This document shows, piece after piece, positions 27,346 through 40,094 of a stretch of 64,000 nucleotides of DNA (the stretch's first letter is position 1; each line of letters opens with the position of its first letter). A model generated the notes under the pieces. The model saw nothing but the letters and a program-made list of their open reading frames with translations. It was not told where the DNA came from and made no database searches. The stretch lies in NCBI GenBank assembly GCA_963514005.1, contig OY740814.1, forward strand, positions 12,400,001 through 12,464,000, written 5' to 3'. The translations under genes and the position numbers were made by a program. This DNA is from Raja brachyura (Eukaryota).

Positions 27346-27353
27346 ACTATGGG
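27346..27353 (+). CDS. CCPG1: Candidate CCPG1 alternative microexon D (8 nt, ACTATGGG)
   Basis: Long upstream pyrimidine tract (27220-27340), accag acceptor, GGG|gtaagg donor; 13+8=21 nt restores frame. Confidence 0.55.
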
Positions 27354-29045
27354 GTAAGGCTAAATCTGGCACTCCTTCGGTTTTATGCATCTGAAAACCA
27401 ATCTCGAATCTTCTAGGCTACATGGCTTTGTGCTTTGTCTAAGGATATTTTTGTTCATTAGACCATCAAGAAAACTGCCAAACTGTTCAGATCCTCAATT
27501 GCAGATATAATCTAAATGCAGTTCTTGCTTGAACTTGTGAATTATTTGTTTACGTTTATTTGTGAGTTGATACTTCACTGTATTGGCCATTTACTTTGTG
27601 CATATCCACTGAATCTCTTTTCCTCAACATGCCAGTGTGAGTGACACTAAATCTGAGGGAAATGTATCTGCATTATTGCATTGAATCAGACAACTGCATG
27701 TATACACAAATAATGATTGTTCATTAGTTACTGTTGAGGTGACTTTTCCGGGTGTCACCAATTTATTTGAAGTTTCAAGAGCTATAAGTGAAAGTTTGAA
27801 CATCAAGATGGGTTTTGTAAAAACAAGATTATACTTGCATTTTCAAATGCCATGTAAACCTTCAACTATTGCTCTCCATTTTAAATATAACAATATTTAG
27901 AGAACCCAACTGGCTGCATTAATAAGCATTAAAAAATAATCTGGCATAACAGTGCTATGAACTAATGCTTTAAAAATTAAGAGCAGGGATGAGAAGTTTT
28001 CCTCCTGGGTTATCTCATTTGAAAGTGGACCAAAGGGTTTAGTTGGTGGCTGCCTGGAAATTGTCAGAAGAAAATATAAACTAAATTGACTGAAAAAACT
28101 GTAATTTACATTGGGAGAAACTACATGAATTAAGGTGCATCTTTTCAAAACAAAAAACGAATATTTAAAAATCAAGATAAAAAGAACACAATTTTTGTAA
28201 ATACTAGTCTAAAAATTGAGCTAGCATAGGGAAGCTTGTATTAGGTGGATTTTACTGTTGCAGTTTAAGACATTATGTAAGGGGGAAAAACTGGTTCACC
28301 TCCTCAGAGGACCACACGGCAGTTGTAATAGTGTTGTACCTAAAATTTAAGAAAATAAAATTGGATAAGTTAAGTGAGTAGTTTCAAATGTAATTTTGTT
28401 TATATACTAATTAATAGGCTTTTGGCAATCTAAAGTAAAACAAAATGTTGGCAACATTCAGGAAATCCGGCCTCTTCTGCAGAGTTGATTTTGCATCTAG
28501 TGAATAATTTAAAGCACTTTTGTGTTTGTAGCTTAATATTGGCCTGCTCATTGTTTTAGTGAGTCATCGCTTTATTTCTTGTGATCATTTTGCACAACTT
28601 GGATGATCTGCAAAAGTAAAAGCTCAAAAAAAATTGCTTTATTCTTGTAAAATCTTTTTTTAACTTGTGGAAATTATCATTTGTTAATGTGCAAAACACG
28701 TATATTTATGTGCACAAAGTAGGGTAAACATTAATTTTCAATTGAAGCTGAAGAAAGTGAAGAGTTGAATTCTTGTTTAAAGTATAGATGACCTGACTGC
28801 TACAGCTAATGAAATATCAACCGTCACATTTATATAAAGAACACTTTGGAAAATTGTGGTTATAGATATTCTTTGGGTTGCATTACTGCATTTATTTCAC
28901 AAATCATTATCCCATCACTTACATGTGAATGGTAGATAGATCTTCCATATTTATCAAGTAACCATCCAGTAATGCACTGGTAAGATAATATCCAAAAGTC
29001 TTTTTTTGATAGTGCGATGGTATGTTTTGTTTTGGATAATTGCAG

Positions 29046-29167
29046 GGACGACCCAAATACAAGAACTGCAGAAAATTGTAAAACGAATACATGAAGAAGA
29101 ATTGAATGATATGAAGGATGATCTATTTCAGTGCCAAAAGGATCAAGACTCCTATGCAGACAGTATG
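29046..29167 (+). CDS. CCPG1: CCPG1 coding exon 6 (GTTQIQELQKIVKRIHEEELNDMKDDLFQCQKDQDSYADSM)
   Basis: ttgcag acceptor, gtaggt donor, 122 nt, phase 1 to 0. Matches human GTIQIQKRQQLVRKIHEDELNDMKDYLSQCQ. Confidence 0.95.
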
Positions 29168-30429
29168 GTAGGTCATTAAATCATTGTTTCGCCGACTTGT
29201 GCAATTTTATTGGGAGATTATTTTGGTTGGGAAGGAGGGACACAAGGCTTACCTTGTGTACCTCCTTCCCAGTCAAAATAAATAACCTCCCAATAAAATT
29301 GTAAAATAAAAACAATAAGTAATTGTAAAATAAAAAAACAAATAATGTATATTAGCATTCGGTATGTCAAGAAGCAAAATTGATTAGTCTCCTGAGGAAC
29401 AATTTCTGAACACGTCAGAAGTGTTGAATACTCTTTTGTGTGGCTTTCACTGTTATGCAACTTTCAAAATGTGTGAATTTGTTGAGATTAATTGATGAGC
29501 AGGCCCTCTGAAAATCTTTAGGAGAAAAATTGCTGAATTTTGCCTTTGCCTTTGGGGCATGTGTATGTTTTCAAGCATTCTTTTCCAATTCCTGGCAATT
29601 AGATTGTTTAACTTATTCACTTTGCTTCCCAGATTGACCATGCTCTCTGTCTAACCATTAACAGTTCATGCAAACATTTTTCACCCTCTCTAGGTTTGTG
29701 CTTGTACTGTCTTCTTTCACCAATAGATCCTCCCCACCAATCGCTCATCAAAGCACAATTGTCCTGAGTTGACTTTACCATGTTCTGCAACTATCTTCCC
29801 TCAAGTATAATATGTTTAGTTTAGAGATACAATGTGAAAATGTGTTTGAACGTTTCATGCAGAATGTTGATCATGCATATTAAAATATTTGGATAGTCAG
29901 AAGGGTCTCGACCCGAAACGTCGCCATACATTTTCGTATTGGATATCCCTTATTTCCTTAGGAAATTGGCTGTCCTGTAGACGTCTGGGCACCTGAACTA
30001 AAAGGACCCAAAGGCTAGGATTTCAGGATCAGCAGAGACTGCCGCTCCCTCATGACCCTGTCTGGGGAAAATAGAAATTTGCTTTGTAGGAAATCTGCCA
30101 TTGGGGACTTCAGGGAAAAAGGATGGGAAATTTTGCCTGGTGAGGGAAAAAAAATAATGTATCTATAATACTGAGGGAAAAAAAAGGTTTCTTCTGGACA
30201 GTATCCTGAGCACAAGATATTTGTTTGCCAACTACGCTGCCCAGTCCCCTACTGGAAGTCAATTAGGCTCAGCATGCTGTCTGTATTGTACATAATTTGA
30301 TTATACTATCTGTTGAGGCTATTCTTAAGTAATTATATATTCTATGAAATAACAGGCAAGTGGTGTTGTCTGATACTGAGCATCAGTCAGTACATTCAGC
30401 GAATGAAGAGTGGGGGATAAAGTCAAAAG

Positions 30430-30930
30430 TTATAAGTGATAGGAGTAGAATTAGACCATTTGGCACATCAAGTCTACTCCACCGTTCAATCATGGCTGAG
30501 CTATCTCCCTCCTAACCCCATTCTCCTGCCTTCTCCCCATAACCTCTGGCACCTGTACTCATCAAGAATCTTATCTATCTCTGCCTTAAAAATATCCACC
30601 GACTTGGCCTCCACAGCCTTCTGTGGCAAGGAATTCCACAGATTTACCACCCTCTGACTAAAGACATTTCTCCTCATCTCCTTCCTAAAAGATCATCCTT
30701 TAATTCTGAGGGTATGACCCATCCTAGACTCGCCCACGAGTGGAAACATCATCTCCACATCCACTCTATCCAAATCTTTCACTATTCGCTATGTTTCAAT
30801 GAGGTGCCCCATTCAATCTTCTAAACTCCAGCGAGTACAGGCCTAGTGGCGACAAACGCTAATCATAGGTTAACCTACTGATTCCTGGGATCATTCTTGT
30901 AAACCTCCTCTGGACCCTCTCCAGAGCCAG
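30430..30930 (-). mobile_element. CR1 LINE 3' fragment
   Basis: Reverse complement of CR1 ORF2 end and 3' UTR similar to 17130-17600. Confidence 0.85.
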
Positions 30931-31036
30931 TTGGGGAAATAAATAAGATAACAGCAAAATAATTTGCAATTTTAATGGTAATAAATATTTATTATGTTAG
31001 CTTCACTAATATTATAGATATCCCGTTGTGAATTAG

Positions 31037-31162
31037 ATTGGAACTGAAGATTTTTTGGAAGACAAAAAGGAAGATCCTGACATGCTTCTTACACTGACTG
31101 AACAAATGGATAAAATGAAAAGGGAGAATCAGCAACTGAAACAAAAACAAGCAGAACTTCAG
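31037..31162 (+). CDS. CCPG1: CCPG1 coding exon 7 (IGTEDFLEDKKEDPDMLLTLTEQMDKMKRENQQLKQKQAELQ), coiled coil
   Basis: aattag acceptor, CAG|gtacta donor, 126 nt symmetric phase 0, purine-rich open frame with heptad character. Confidence 0.8.
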
Positions 31163-31359
31163 GTACTAACTGCTCTTGGATACCTGTATTGCTTTTCTTG
31201 ATATAGTATAAAGCACATTATTTGTATTGAATATAGTAAAATGTTATCAAATATTATGTTTTAAATACTGGGTCTGTCAGTATTCTCCAGATTGACCTAA
31301 ATTTCCAGCAAACAATCCTGAATAATTAGTTTTGTGCTACTGTTCAGATCATAATCGAT

Positions 31360-31700
31360 TGTTGGTCCGGTATGAGTGTCCTGGTGGATCCTTTCTGTGG
31401 GTCTTGAGATGGCTGAAAAGACTGATTCCAGAGCCACAGACTTTATTGCAGTATATCCCTCCAGGTGGATGCCTGTGAGACGCATCTTTTAACATGCAGA
31501 GACTGATGCGTGGACATCCACCACACCATCCTTGACAGATACCTACCTGGCTCCAACTCCATGGACTGTTAGGAGTTAATCTCTGCTTGGTCAGGAACCT
31601 CCCCCTCGAACTGCCTGCCATGGCTGACCCCATTCTCCAAATGGCTCGGCTCCCAAGATCTTAGACACATGCAAGCCTCTCCACCGTGCCAAAGTTGTTT
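31360..31700 (-). mobile_element. RTE-like LINE 3' fragment
   Basis: Minus-strand CNKVCGSGISLFSHLKTH resembles the C-terminal C2H2 finger of RTE ORFs. Confidence 0.55.
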
Positions 31701-32459
31701 GTAAGTTCATAAGTGATTGGAGCAGAATTAGGCCATTTGGCCCATCAAGTCTATTCCGCCATTCAATCATGGCTAATCTATCTTTCCCTCTTATTCCCAT
31801 TCACCTGCCCTCTCACCATAACCCCTGACAGAAGACCACAGAGAAGACTGTTCAGATTACAGAAACCATGGAGTATTTCTGTATATGTGAAATTAGCAGA
31901 TATTTTCCATGTGTAATGCAATTCATAAATGATGTAATCATGAACAATCCATCCATTCACTTTAAGTATAATTAATATGCATAAATTACTTTCTAATTCT
32001 CCTCCATCCCTATTCAATATTATTCTTTAACCCTCCCCTCTATTCTTAGATGCCTTTTGATTACTTTCTCACATCTACAATGGTATAAAACTAAAAATAT
32101 TAGGGTCAATGTTATTTCTGTGTGTTCTAGTTTAGACAATGCAGTGAATATTTAAATTTTAGCATCATCTGATATCAGAAGGCTTTTTAGAACAAGTGTA
32201 AATTGATTCCATTCAGGACAATGAAGTCATTACATTTCTACAAATGTCAGTTTGTAGGATTATTTGCTCGTATACGACATGGCATTCTGTGGATGACTGA
32301 ATACAGAGTACAAAAGTACACAGATGGCAATATACATTTGCCATCCAGAATGAGTTCCTAGATGACCTGGTGAATAACTTTCTCTCAAAAGTATTTATCT
32401 ATGCTCAGAGGAGTGATGTGTTACCGATGAAATATTAAATTTTTCTCAAGAGAGTTTTG

Positions 32460-33030
32460 TCAAATGTCCCGAAACGGAACTATGACATTCTTATTTGCAG
32501 CTGCACAACACAAATGCAAATATAGTACTGTAACATTGTAATAAACAACAACAAAAGTTCTATACAAGCAATAATAGTGCAAAGACAAGAAAATGCCCAC
32601 CAATCTATTTAACTTGGAGCCTATTGGAGGTTGTAGTGTTTAATAGTCTGATGGTTGTAGGGAAGAAGCTGTTACTGAAATTGGACATTAGTTTACAGGC
32701 TCCTATACTACCACCTTAATGGCAGGAGTGAAATAGGAGTATGGCCAGGGCGGTGTGGGTCTCTAATGCTGGCTACCTTTTTGAGTCAGAGACTCCCATA
32801 GATCTAATGGGGAGGTCAGTACTCATGATAGACTGGGCAGTGTTCACCACTTTTTGTAATGTTTGTCCGTGAGCTTTTGTGTTGCCGAACCAGGCCTCGA
32901 TACAACCAGTCAATATGCTTTCTCCTGTACACCTGTAGAAGTACAAGAGAGTATTTATTGACATACTGAATCTCCTCAATCTTCGAAGGAAGTAGAGATG
33001 TTGATCGGCTTTTTTTAAGATTGCATCTCT
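32460..33030 (-). mobile_element. Rex1/Babar LINE 3' fragment
   Basis: FYRCTGESILTGCIEAWFGN…LQKVVNTAQSI. Confidence 0.8.
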
Positions 33031-33488
33031 TTTAGGATAGGTACTCTTAAATACTGTTTTTCATAATTGATGAAAAGCTTGTTGTAAGTGAGATTGGAAT
33101 TTCCCAGCAAGTTAGGGATGGTACCTACAACGTAAAGGTTTCTACAGATGAGATTTCCATTTTTCCAAAGAAATTGTTACAATAAAAAGTAAAGTTTGAT
33201 TCCTCGTCTGCTTCAGTGATTCTGAACAGTCTTTTTTGGAAAATATGTGACCATCTCCTAGTAAACAGCAGAAGGGATACCTATTTAGAATTTCAATAAT
33301 TTCACTGAGGTCTTTCAATAGGTCTATTAAGGATATTTCGATATATAGCATGTACTTAATAGTTATTGAAATGTAGAATTTGGGTCCCATTTAATTTTGT
33401 TGCTCTATAATATGACAAATAAACTGACTTTATAATGCACATTGCCTTTATAAATGGATATTTAACAATTTTTATTACGATTATTTAG

Positions 33489-34933
33489 TCACAAGGAGAA
33501 AACTTGGAAACTCGTTTAAAAGAAACTGTGGATGAGAGGCTTTCTGTTGAGTCACAGCAGCAGGTGCTTGCCAAAGAAAACCAGCGTATGAAAGAATCCC
33601 TGGAGCATGAAGAGAAAGCATTATCCTTGTTGCAGAATGAGCTTCGGAAGTTGAGGGAACAAATCAGGACATTGGAAGGAAAGGGAATGGATGCTGAAAC
33701 AATCATCACGGAAAACCAGAAACTGAAAGATCATCTTGAAGAAGAAAAACAACAAATACACAGTTTCCTTTTACAGAAGGGGACCCTTGTGACTGAAGCT
33801 CAGATGCTAAGAAAGGAATTGGATAAAGAAAGAGAAATAACTGATGTACTGCGTAAGGAACTGGACACGTTGAGTCATTTTCAATCTATGCCTAATACAG
33901 CCCAAGATGGTAAAATAACAGAAGGTTTACAAACAAGACTTGCAGAGCTAGAGAAAAAATTGGATTTTGAACAGCAACGCTCTGACTTGTGGGAAAGACT
34001 TTACATTGAATCAAAGGAAGAAAACACGGACCCTGCAACTCAGAAAACAGCAAAGAAGCAAGAGACAAAAACAAATCGGGAGTTTTATGGAACTAGGGAT
34101 AAAAAGAAGCAATCTAAAGGCTTTATAAGATCATTTAAGAATACGTTTGACGCTGTGAAAAACTCAACCAAAGAGTTTGTGCGTCATCATAAAGAAAAGA
34201 TTAAACTGGCAAAAGAAGCTGTTAAAGAAAATCTTAAGAGATTCTCTGATTCTGTTAAATCCACATTCCAGAACTTCCAAAACTCAGCAAAAAAATTATT
34301 TCACAAAAATAAGAGACGTGATGACGCAGATGCAAAAACTAGACGTCATGCATTCCAGCAACGTCACAATGAACACGCATGTAAAACAAACAAGTGCAGA
34401 CAACATGGTGTTCATGGAGACAAAGATTCCTATCAGCATAAACCCAGACAAGCCACTCATGAGGAGATGCATGGTAGCAATTCAAGGAAACCGCACAGAA
34501 TGCACACTGAGAACTCGCACAATTTTGAATCGGGTGAACATGATCACTTGGGAAAACATGCACACTACAAGAGCCCTAAAGGTTGCTCTGATGTTTTTGA
34601 ATGTGCACACCAAGAATCTTTGAGTCTATTTAATAAAGTCCTTGACCCCATCAAGATGGAAGAATTTCATAAGCTTCTCCATAATTACCTTCAACGAGAG
34701 ATGGTCGACTTCCAACGCTGGAGTGAGCTGGAGAAATTTATCAACCGTTTTTTCCGTAATGGACTTTTTATACATGACCAAATGTTATTCTCCGATTTTG
34801 TTAATGATGTTGAAGATTATCTTGAAGATATTGCAGAGCACCAAGAAGGCAACCATGATGGTTTTGATGACCTAGATGGATACATCTATCAGCAATTGTT
34901 TGGTGACAATTATATTAATCAATTTGGACCATG
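33489..34933 (+). CDS. CCPG1: CCPG1 coding exon 8 (large luminal exon)
   Basis: ORF 33504..34937 contains FEQQRSDLWERLY, KNSTKEFVRHHKEKIK, FIHDQMLFSDFVNDV. Acceptor tatttag, donor TG|gtaata, 1445 nt, phase 0 to 2. Confidence 0.97.
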
Positions 34934-36351
34934 GTAATAGTTTGCTCTTTTATCCAGTTGATTTAGAATTGCTTGTTTCTGAAATTATTTAAGTTGTAAA
35001 ATTATATTCAATTGATATTCAGAATTTAACTCGCCATTTGAAATTGGCCGATATAGAGCAGGATACTGTATATAACTTTGGGATTGGTTTTTGATTTGAT
35101 ACGTGATTGATTCAATCCTAGCCAATAGGAATTTGCTAAACTAAAAGCCACCAGAGGCTAAAAATTTAAAATAAAAACAGAAAATACTGGACGTCCTCAG
35201 CATGTTGGGCTGCGTCTGTGGAGAGAGAAATAGTTCGCATTTTGGTTCCTCCACAACGGAAACGTTGAATGTATTTCTCCATCGTGTCGCCAACCTGCTG
35301 AGAACCGTCCAGCATTTTCTGTTATATTTGGAATTCTGTAATTAATGTTTTGGGTGTAGGAGTGAGTAAACATAACAGAATTTCAGCTATAATAGTGTGA
35401 GACAAACAAAATTCCAGAAATATTAACACAAAGGAATCTTAAGAACTACAACGTTATTCTCATATTTGGCTAACTGTAAGGACGCTACCAGATTTCTGTT
35501 CATGACATATTCCAGTTTATAAAAGTCTTCTACACCTGTTTCTTTTTAACTATGTAAGAAGTATTGAAGATCAATTGCAATTAATTTCCTGTCAGTTGGC
35601 CAGCCAGTGTCTTTATTGGACAGTTGGAATCTGCACTGAATATCCAGTTGCCAATTTGGGCTGCAGATTTTCAGTTTTCTGCTTTACGTATCCATTAATA
35701 GAAGATGGATTCATCAAATCAAATCCACTTCATTTAGGATCCCTCAATAAGAAAACGATTCATTACTTTTGAACATTGAACAGTACCGGACAGAAGCAGG
35801 CCCTTTGGCCCACAATGTCTGAACATGATGCCAAGACCAAATCTGCCTGCACATTACCATATCCATATCCCTCCATTCCCTGCAAATTCACATGCCTATC
35901 CAAAAGGCTCTTAAATGCCACTCTCAAATCTGTCTCCACCACCAACCCCAGTTCCAGGCATTTGCCACCCTCTGCGTATATCATCTTTAAACTTTGCCCC
36001 TCTCACCTTAATTTTGATTGATACCAAGGTGGTCTATTGATTGATATCTAGGTAGCCTATTGATTGAAAATCGAAATATATGTATAATATTCGCCGGTAG
36101 ACATAAAATATCTCCTCAACCTTCCTTTTTGCTTTGCAATGCTCCAGGACCAAGTATCAAAAGGATCATTATCAATACATTCATCTACTCCTTTTCTAAA
36201 GTAAGATTATTATAATGCAGCTTGAAATGTGGCCGTAGTATTTCTAAAAACCTATTGCACTTATCCTAATGCACATTGGGAATTGCAAATGAATAGATCA
36301 GTCTTGGCTATTTTACTTAAAAGCCATAATTAATAATTTTTATCTTTGCAG

Positions 36352-36553
36352 TCCACTTTACGATGCTGATAAATACAGAAAGCATAATTCTAAACATGCA
36401 TCTGGCTCCAGGCAACAGAGACCTGAAAGGAAATACCAGCAGGCTTACCACCACAGGGATTGCAAATGGAACAAGCCAGGACGTACCAATGGAAGACACA
36501 TGGCGAATGTTGAAATTGAGCTGGGGCCGATGCCTTTTGATCCAAAATATTAA
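36352..36553 (+). CDS. CCPG1: CCPG1 terminal coding exon (…[29 protein letters not shown])
   Basis: tctttgcag acceptor, phase 2 entry, TAA at 36551-36553. Matches the human long-isoform C-terminus [24 protein letters not shown]. This frame is not in the ORF track. Confidence 0.95.
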
Positions 36554-37193
36554 ATGGGTGTGTTCTTCATAAGTATGTGTTTGACCATGTTCAGACTTAT
36601 CTGATTGCTGTTTGTGGTACATGCCTAAGAATAATGACGTTTGTTTTGAAACAATATGCATTTCATTTGACTTTGAATAATAAGAGAGTAGATGTAGTTT
36701 TGCTAATAATATTCCATCTATATTTGCAATGTGCTGGTCAGAGATTTCCTGAGCAGTTGTGTTGTGCAAAGTATGTTGTGCTAAACAAAGTTTAGGATTA
36801 AGTAAGAGTTAAAGTTGCTGGATCTTTAATGCATTTACAAAGTCTATTCGTATGCTGGTGTATGTGCATGAAATGCAAGTCTCTTTTGCCTTAGCAAATT
36901 CGTAATTTGCTATCATGTGAACCTAAATTCCATATTGTGTAAATTATTAATATTGGTGTGCTGAATTTAAATTTATTTTGAAGATTGTAATTTAATTCCA
37001 TGGCAAAAATTGGTCCCTTTTTACCTTCCCCCATGTTGTGAATAATTTTACACAAATATATATATCTGCCTTTTATGATTTCAAGGGATAAAGAGATGGG
37101 TTGCATTTTTAATTTAAAATCAGTTACATTGCATCTACATTTTCCATTTGACAAAATGAACAATTGTAGGCAACCAAAAATGTTTAAATTGAT

Positions 37194-37199
37194 AATAAA
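37194..37199 (+). terminator. Likely CCPG1 polyadenylation signal
   Basis: AATAAA about 640 nt after the stop, followed by U/GU-rich downstream sequence (ttttatttgtgtggtg). Confidence 0.65.
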
Positions 37200-37999
37200 A
37201 GTTCTGGCTTAACTCTTTATTTGTGAAGCTGTTTTATTTGTGTGGTGAGTTTGTATGTGCTTAAGAATATATCAACCAGGAGGGGTCACCCAATATTTCT
37301 ACATGTATATGAATCTGATTTACTGTATACTGATGCAGCTACTGCAAAAATAAATTCTGATAGATGTGAAGTCTGCGAGTAGGGAATTGTAGCCTCATGA
37401 TGTTTGTGCATAAAAGTGCATTTCATTTTGTATAGATTTAAAAAAGGCTTCTGTGTGCAAGTTTTCAATTAGCTTCTACACGCCTATTTAATTCAGTGAC
37501 GATAAAATATTGTATTATTGAATATTTTCAACTTTAGCATAACCATTGCAGTTAACTATCTATCCCTAACCAGTTTCAGAGCACCTGACCTGGAGCCTGG
37601 CCCCAACCAGTGCATATTAAACTAGTGAACTTGTGCTGATGGCGGTTTTCCAGGATTCAACTGAAGAAAGTCCAACATTCTGCCATAATCCCTCTTTCAC
37701 TAACATCTATCACAATTCAAATGGTGGTAATAAATCGAGACATCAGATATAAGGAAAGCTGCCTTGCAAGTTAATCTCTTTCACCTTTATGAATAAAATC
37801 CACTTAAGATGAGGTCTTAGCTATCCTTAGTTCCCTTTGTTATTAAGATCTTGTGTTGCACATATTTATGTCCAATATTGTTATACCACTTTAATTGACT
37901 AATGCAGCGCTGTTATATTTTATGCTTTTAAGGTTTGCAATTTGAGTAATATGAATTGCAGACAAATATCTGAGACAAGATCTTGTACTATCTGGATAG

Positions 38000-38490
38000 A
38001 TAAGGACTGCTTAGGGAGCATTGATTAGTGCGAGGGGAAATGTCTCATAAATCTGTTATTTTCGAAGAGATAACCAAGGAGATTGATGAGTGCAGGGAGA
38101 TAGTTGCTGTCTATACGTATTTTAGTAAGCCTATGATAAAGTCTTGTATGATAGGCTAGTCAGGAAGTTTAGAACACAGGTTCCAGAGAGAGCATTGGAT
38201 ACATAATTGGCTTGATAGTTGGAAGTAGAAACTGATGTTGGTAGGTTGTTTTAAAAAATAAATTTAACTAGTGATGTGCCACATGAATTGGTGCTGGGCC
38301 TGTTGTTATTAGTCAACCAAACAATTTGGATGAGAATGTACAAAGCATGGTTAGTAAGTTTGCAGATGACACAAAATAATAGGTATTATAGACGACGAAG
38401 AAGGTTGACAAATCTTGCCGTGTGATCTGAATCGGCTGGTTAAATAAGCCAAGAAATGGTAAACTGGGTTCAATGGGTCAAGTGTGAGGA
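38000..38490 (+). mobile_element. Degraded CR1 RT fragment
   Basis: Decayed VPQGSVLGP-like segment and aagtttgcagatgacacaaaa (KFADDTK). Confidence 0.75.
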
Positions 38491-39865
38491 GGGTATGGAA
38501 AGAGAAAGATTGAGTCAACACAATCTCCTGCACTGACTTGGAACACAAAATAAATTATATTATCTTGAGCAAAAAAACAATGTGCTGGAGGAACTGATGT
38601 CCTCAAGAAGGGACTCAACCCAATATGTCGCCTGTTCATTCCTTCCACAGATGCTACCTGACCCACTTGAGTTACTCCAGCACAATTTTAGCGCAAGATT
38701 TCAGGATCTGCAGTTTCTTGCATCTCCAACAAGATTGGCTTGTAGGTTTTCAAAGAAATATAAATACATAATGAAAAACCTTTCAAAATAAATGCTTAGT
38801 ATGCAGTAAGATCTTAGTAAGATCCCCCCTATTTCACCCCTGGTAAACTGGAATAGTAAACTTGTTAATAAATTTGCCATATCAATTTAAGAGGATTATG
38901 GTAATTTATTGAATTTAGTCAATTTCAATAATTAACATGCTTTCTATGATTTGAGTGAAATGTTTCCATGCTCAACATATATCGTTGCATGCAGGTCTGT
39001 GACACGATTCAAAGGCGTGAAATAGATCCTATTCCTTTTCTCCAGAGGTGTTGCCTGACCCGCTGAGTTACTCCAGCTTTTTGCGTCCATCTTCGGTGTA
39101 AACCAGCATCTACAGTTCTTTTCTACAAACTTGGGTCTGCAATCCAAGAAGGAAATAGGAGACACACAAAATGCAGGAGTAACTCAGCAGGACAGACAGC
39201 AGCATCTCTGGAGAGAAGGAGTGAGTGATGTTTCGGGTTGAGACCCTTCTTCGACCTTCCTTCACTCCATAGATGCTGCCGCACCCCCTGAGTTTCTCCA
39301 GCACTTTTGTCTACCTTCTTCACACTGATGTCAGGGGAGTGGGCAGGCCAAAGATAGAGGAAATAGAAGGGTGCTGTTATGCAATAAATAAAGCATATAT
39401 TTTGCACGGAAAGTTTTTTATCGATTGAGCTGAACCAGTTCCACCTTTATTTATACCAAACTCGGCCATGGGTTTTTTACAAAATGTAACATTTGCAGTA
39501 CAAAACAGATTTCCCAACTAATTGAGATCGAAGAAAAGTTTTGAAGAGAGGCATTCTGGATTCATTTGGAAACGATTGCGATTGATCAATGAAGTATTGT
39601 TCTAAAATGCAGATTAATTATTTAGTTTAATTCTGTGAAGGGGGGGGGGGGGGGGTACATATCACTGAAAAACCATCTTACACAGTATCCTTTTTCTCCC
39701 TGGGACTAAGAACATGCATGATTGAATCAGAATATATTCTGTTGTAGCAATGCTTAGTGTGGAAGCAGGCAAGGGTTTTAAATACTTGTGGGAAACGTAC
39801 TCTGTTTACTTTCTGCTTCCCAATGTTTACTTTCTGCTTCCCAATAAGTCAATGTAGTAGTGGGT

Positions 39866-39893
39866 CTGAAGAAGGGTCTCGACCCGAAACGTC
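39866..39893 (+). ncRNA. Minimal type I hammerhead ribozyme core in Penelope-like terminal repeat
   Basis: CTGAAGA-A-GGGT(CTCG)ACCC-GAAAC-GTC; flanks gtgggt / gcctat can pair as stem I. Confidence 0.7.
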
Positions 39894-40094
39894 GCCTATC
39901 TCCTTCACTCCTTAGATGCTGCTGCACCCGCTGAGTTTCTCCAGCTTTTTGTGTAACCCCCAAAGTCAATGTTGTCCTTGGATACTGGGACGAGTTACTC
40001 CAGCTTCTTGTGTTGTGTGTATCTTTGGTCTATAGCTCCTCCCTCCACCTTTGGAGTGAATTGAGTGTTGGTGGAGAGACAGACAGAGAGACAG

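Noticed and set aside
30999-31017. Alternative acceptors for exon 7 at 31000 and 31017
   Set aside because: Both run into in-frame stops (TAA, TGA); only the AG at 31035-31036 gives an open phase-0 exon.
34177-34623. 148-aa overlapping ORF in an alternative frame of CCPG1 exon 8
   Set aside because: Non-ATG start, internal to an exon, no recognisable motif; likely chance.
39803-39844. 21-nt tandem duplication containing TGTTTAC
   Set aside because: Simple slippage duplication; no evidence of function.
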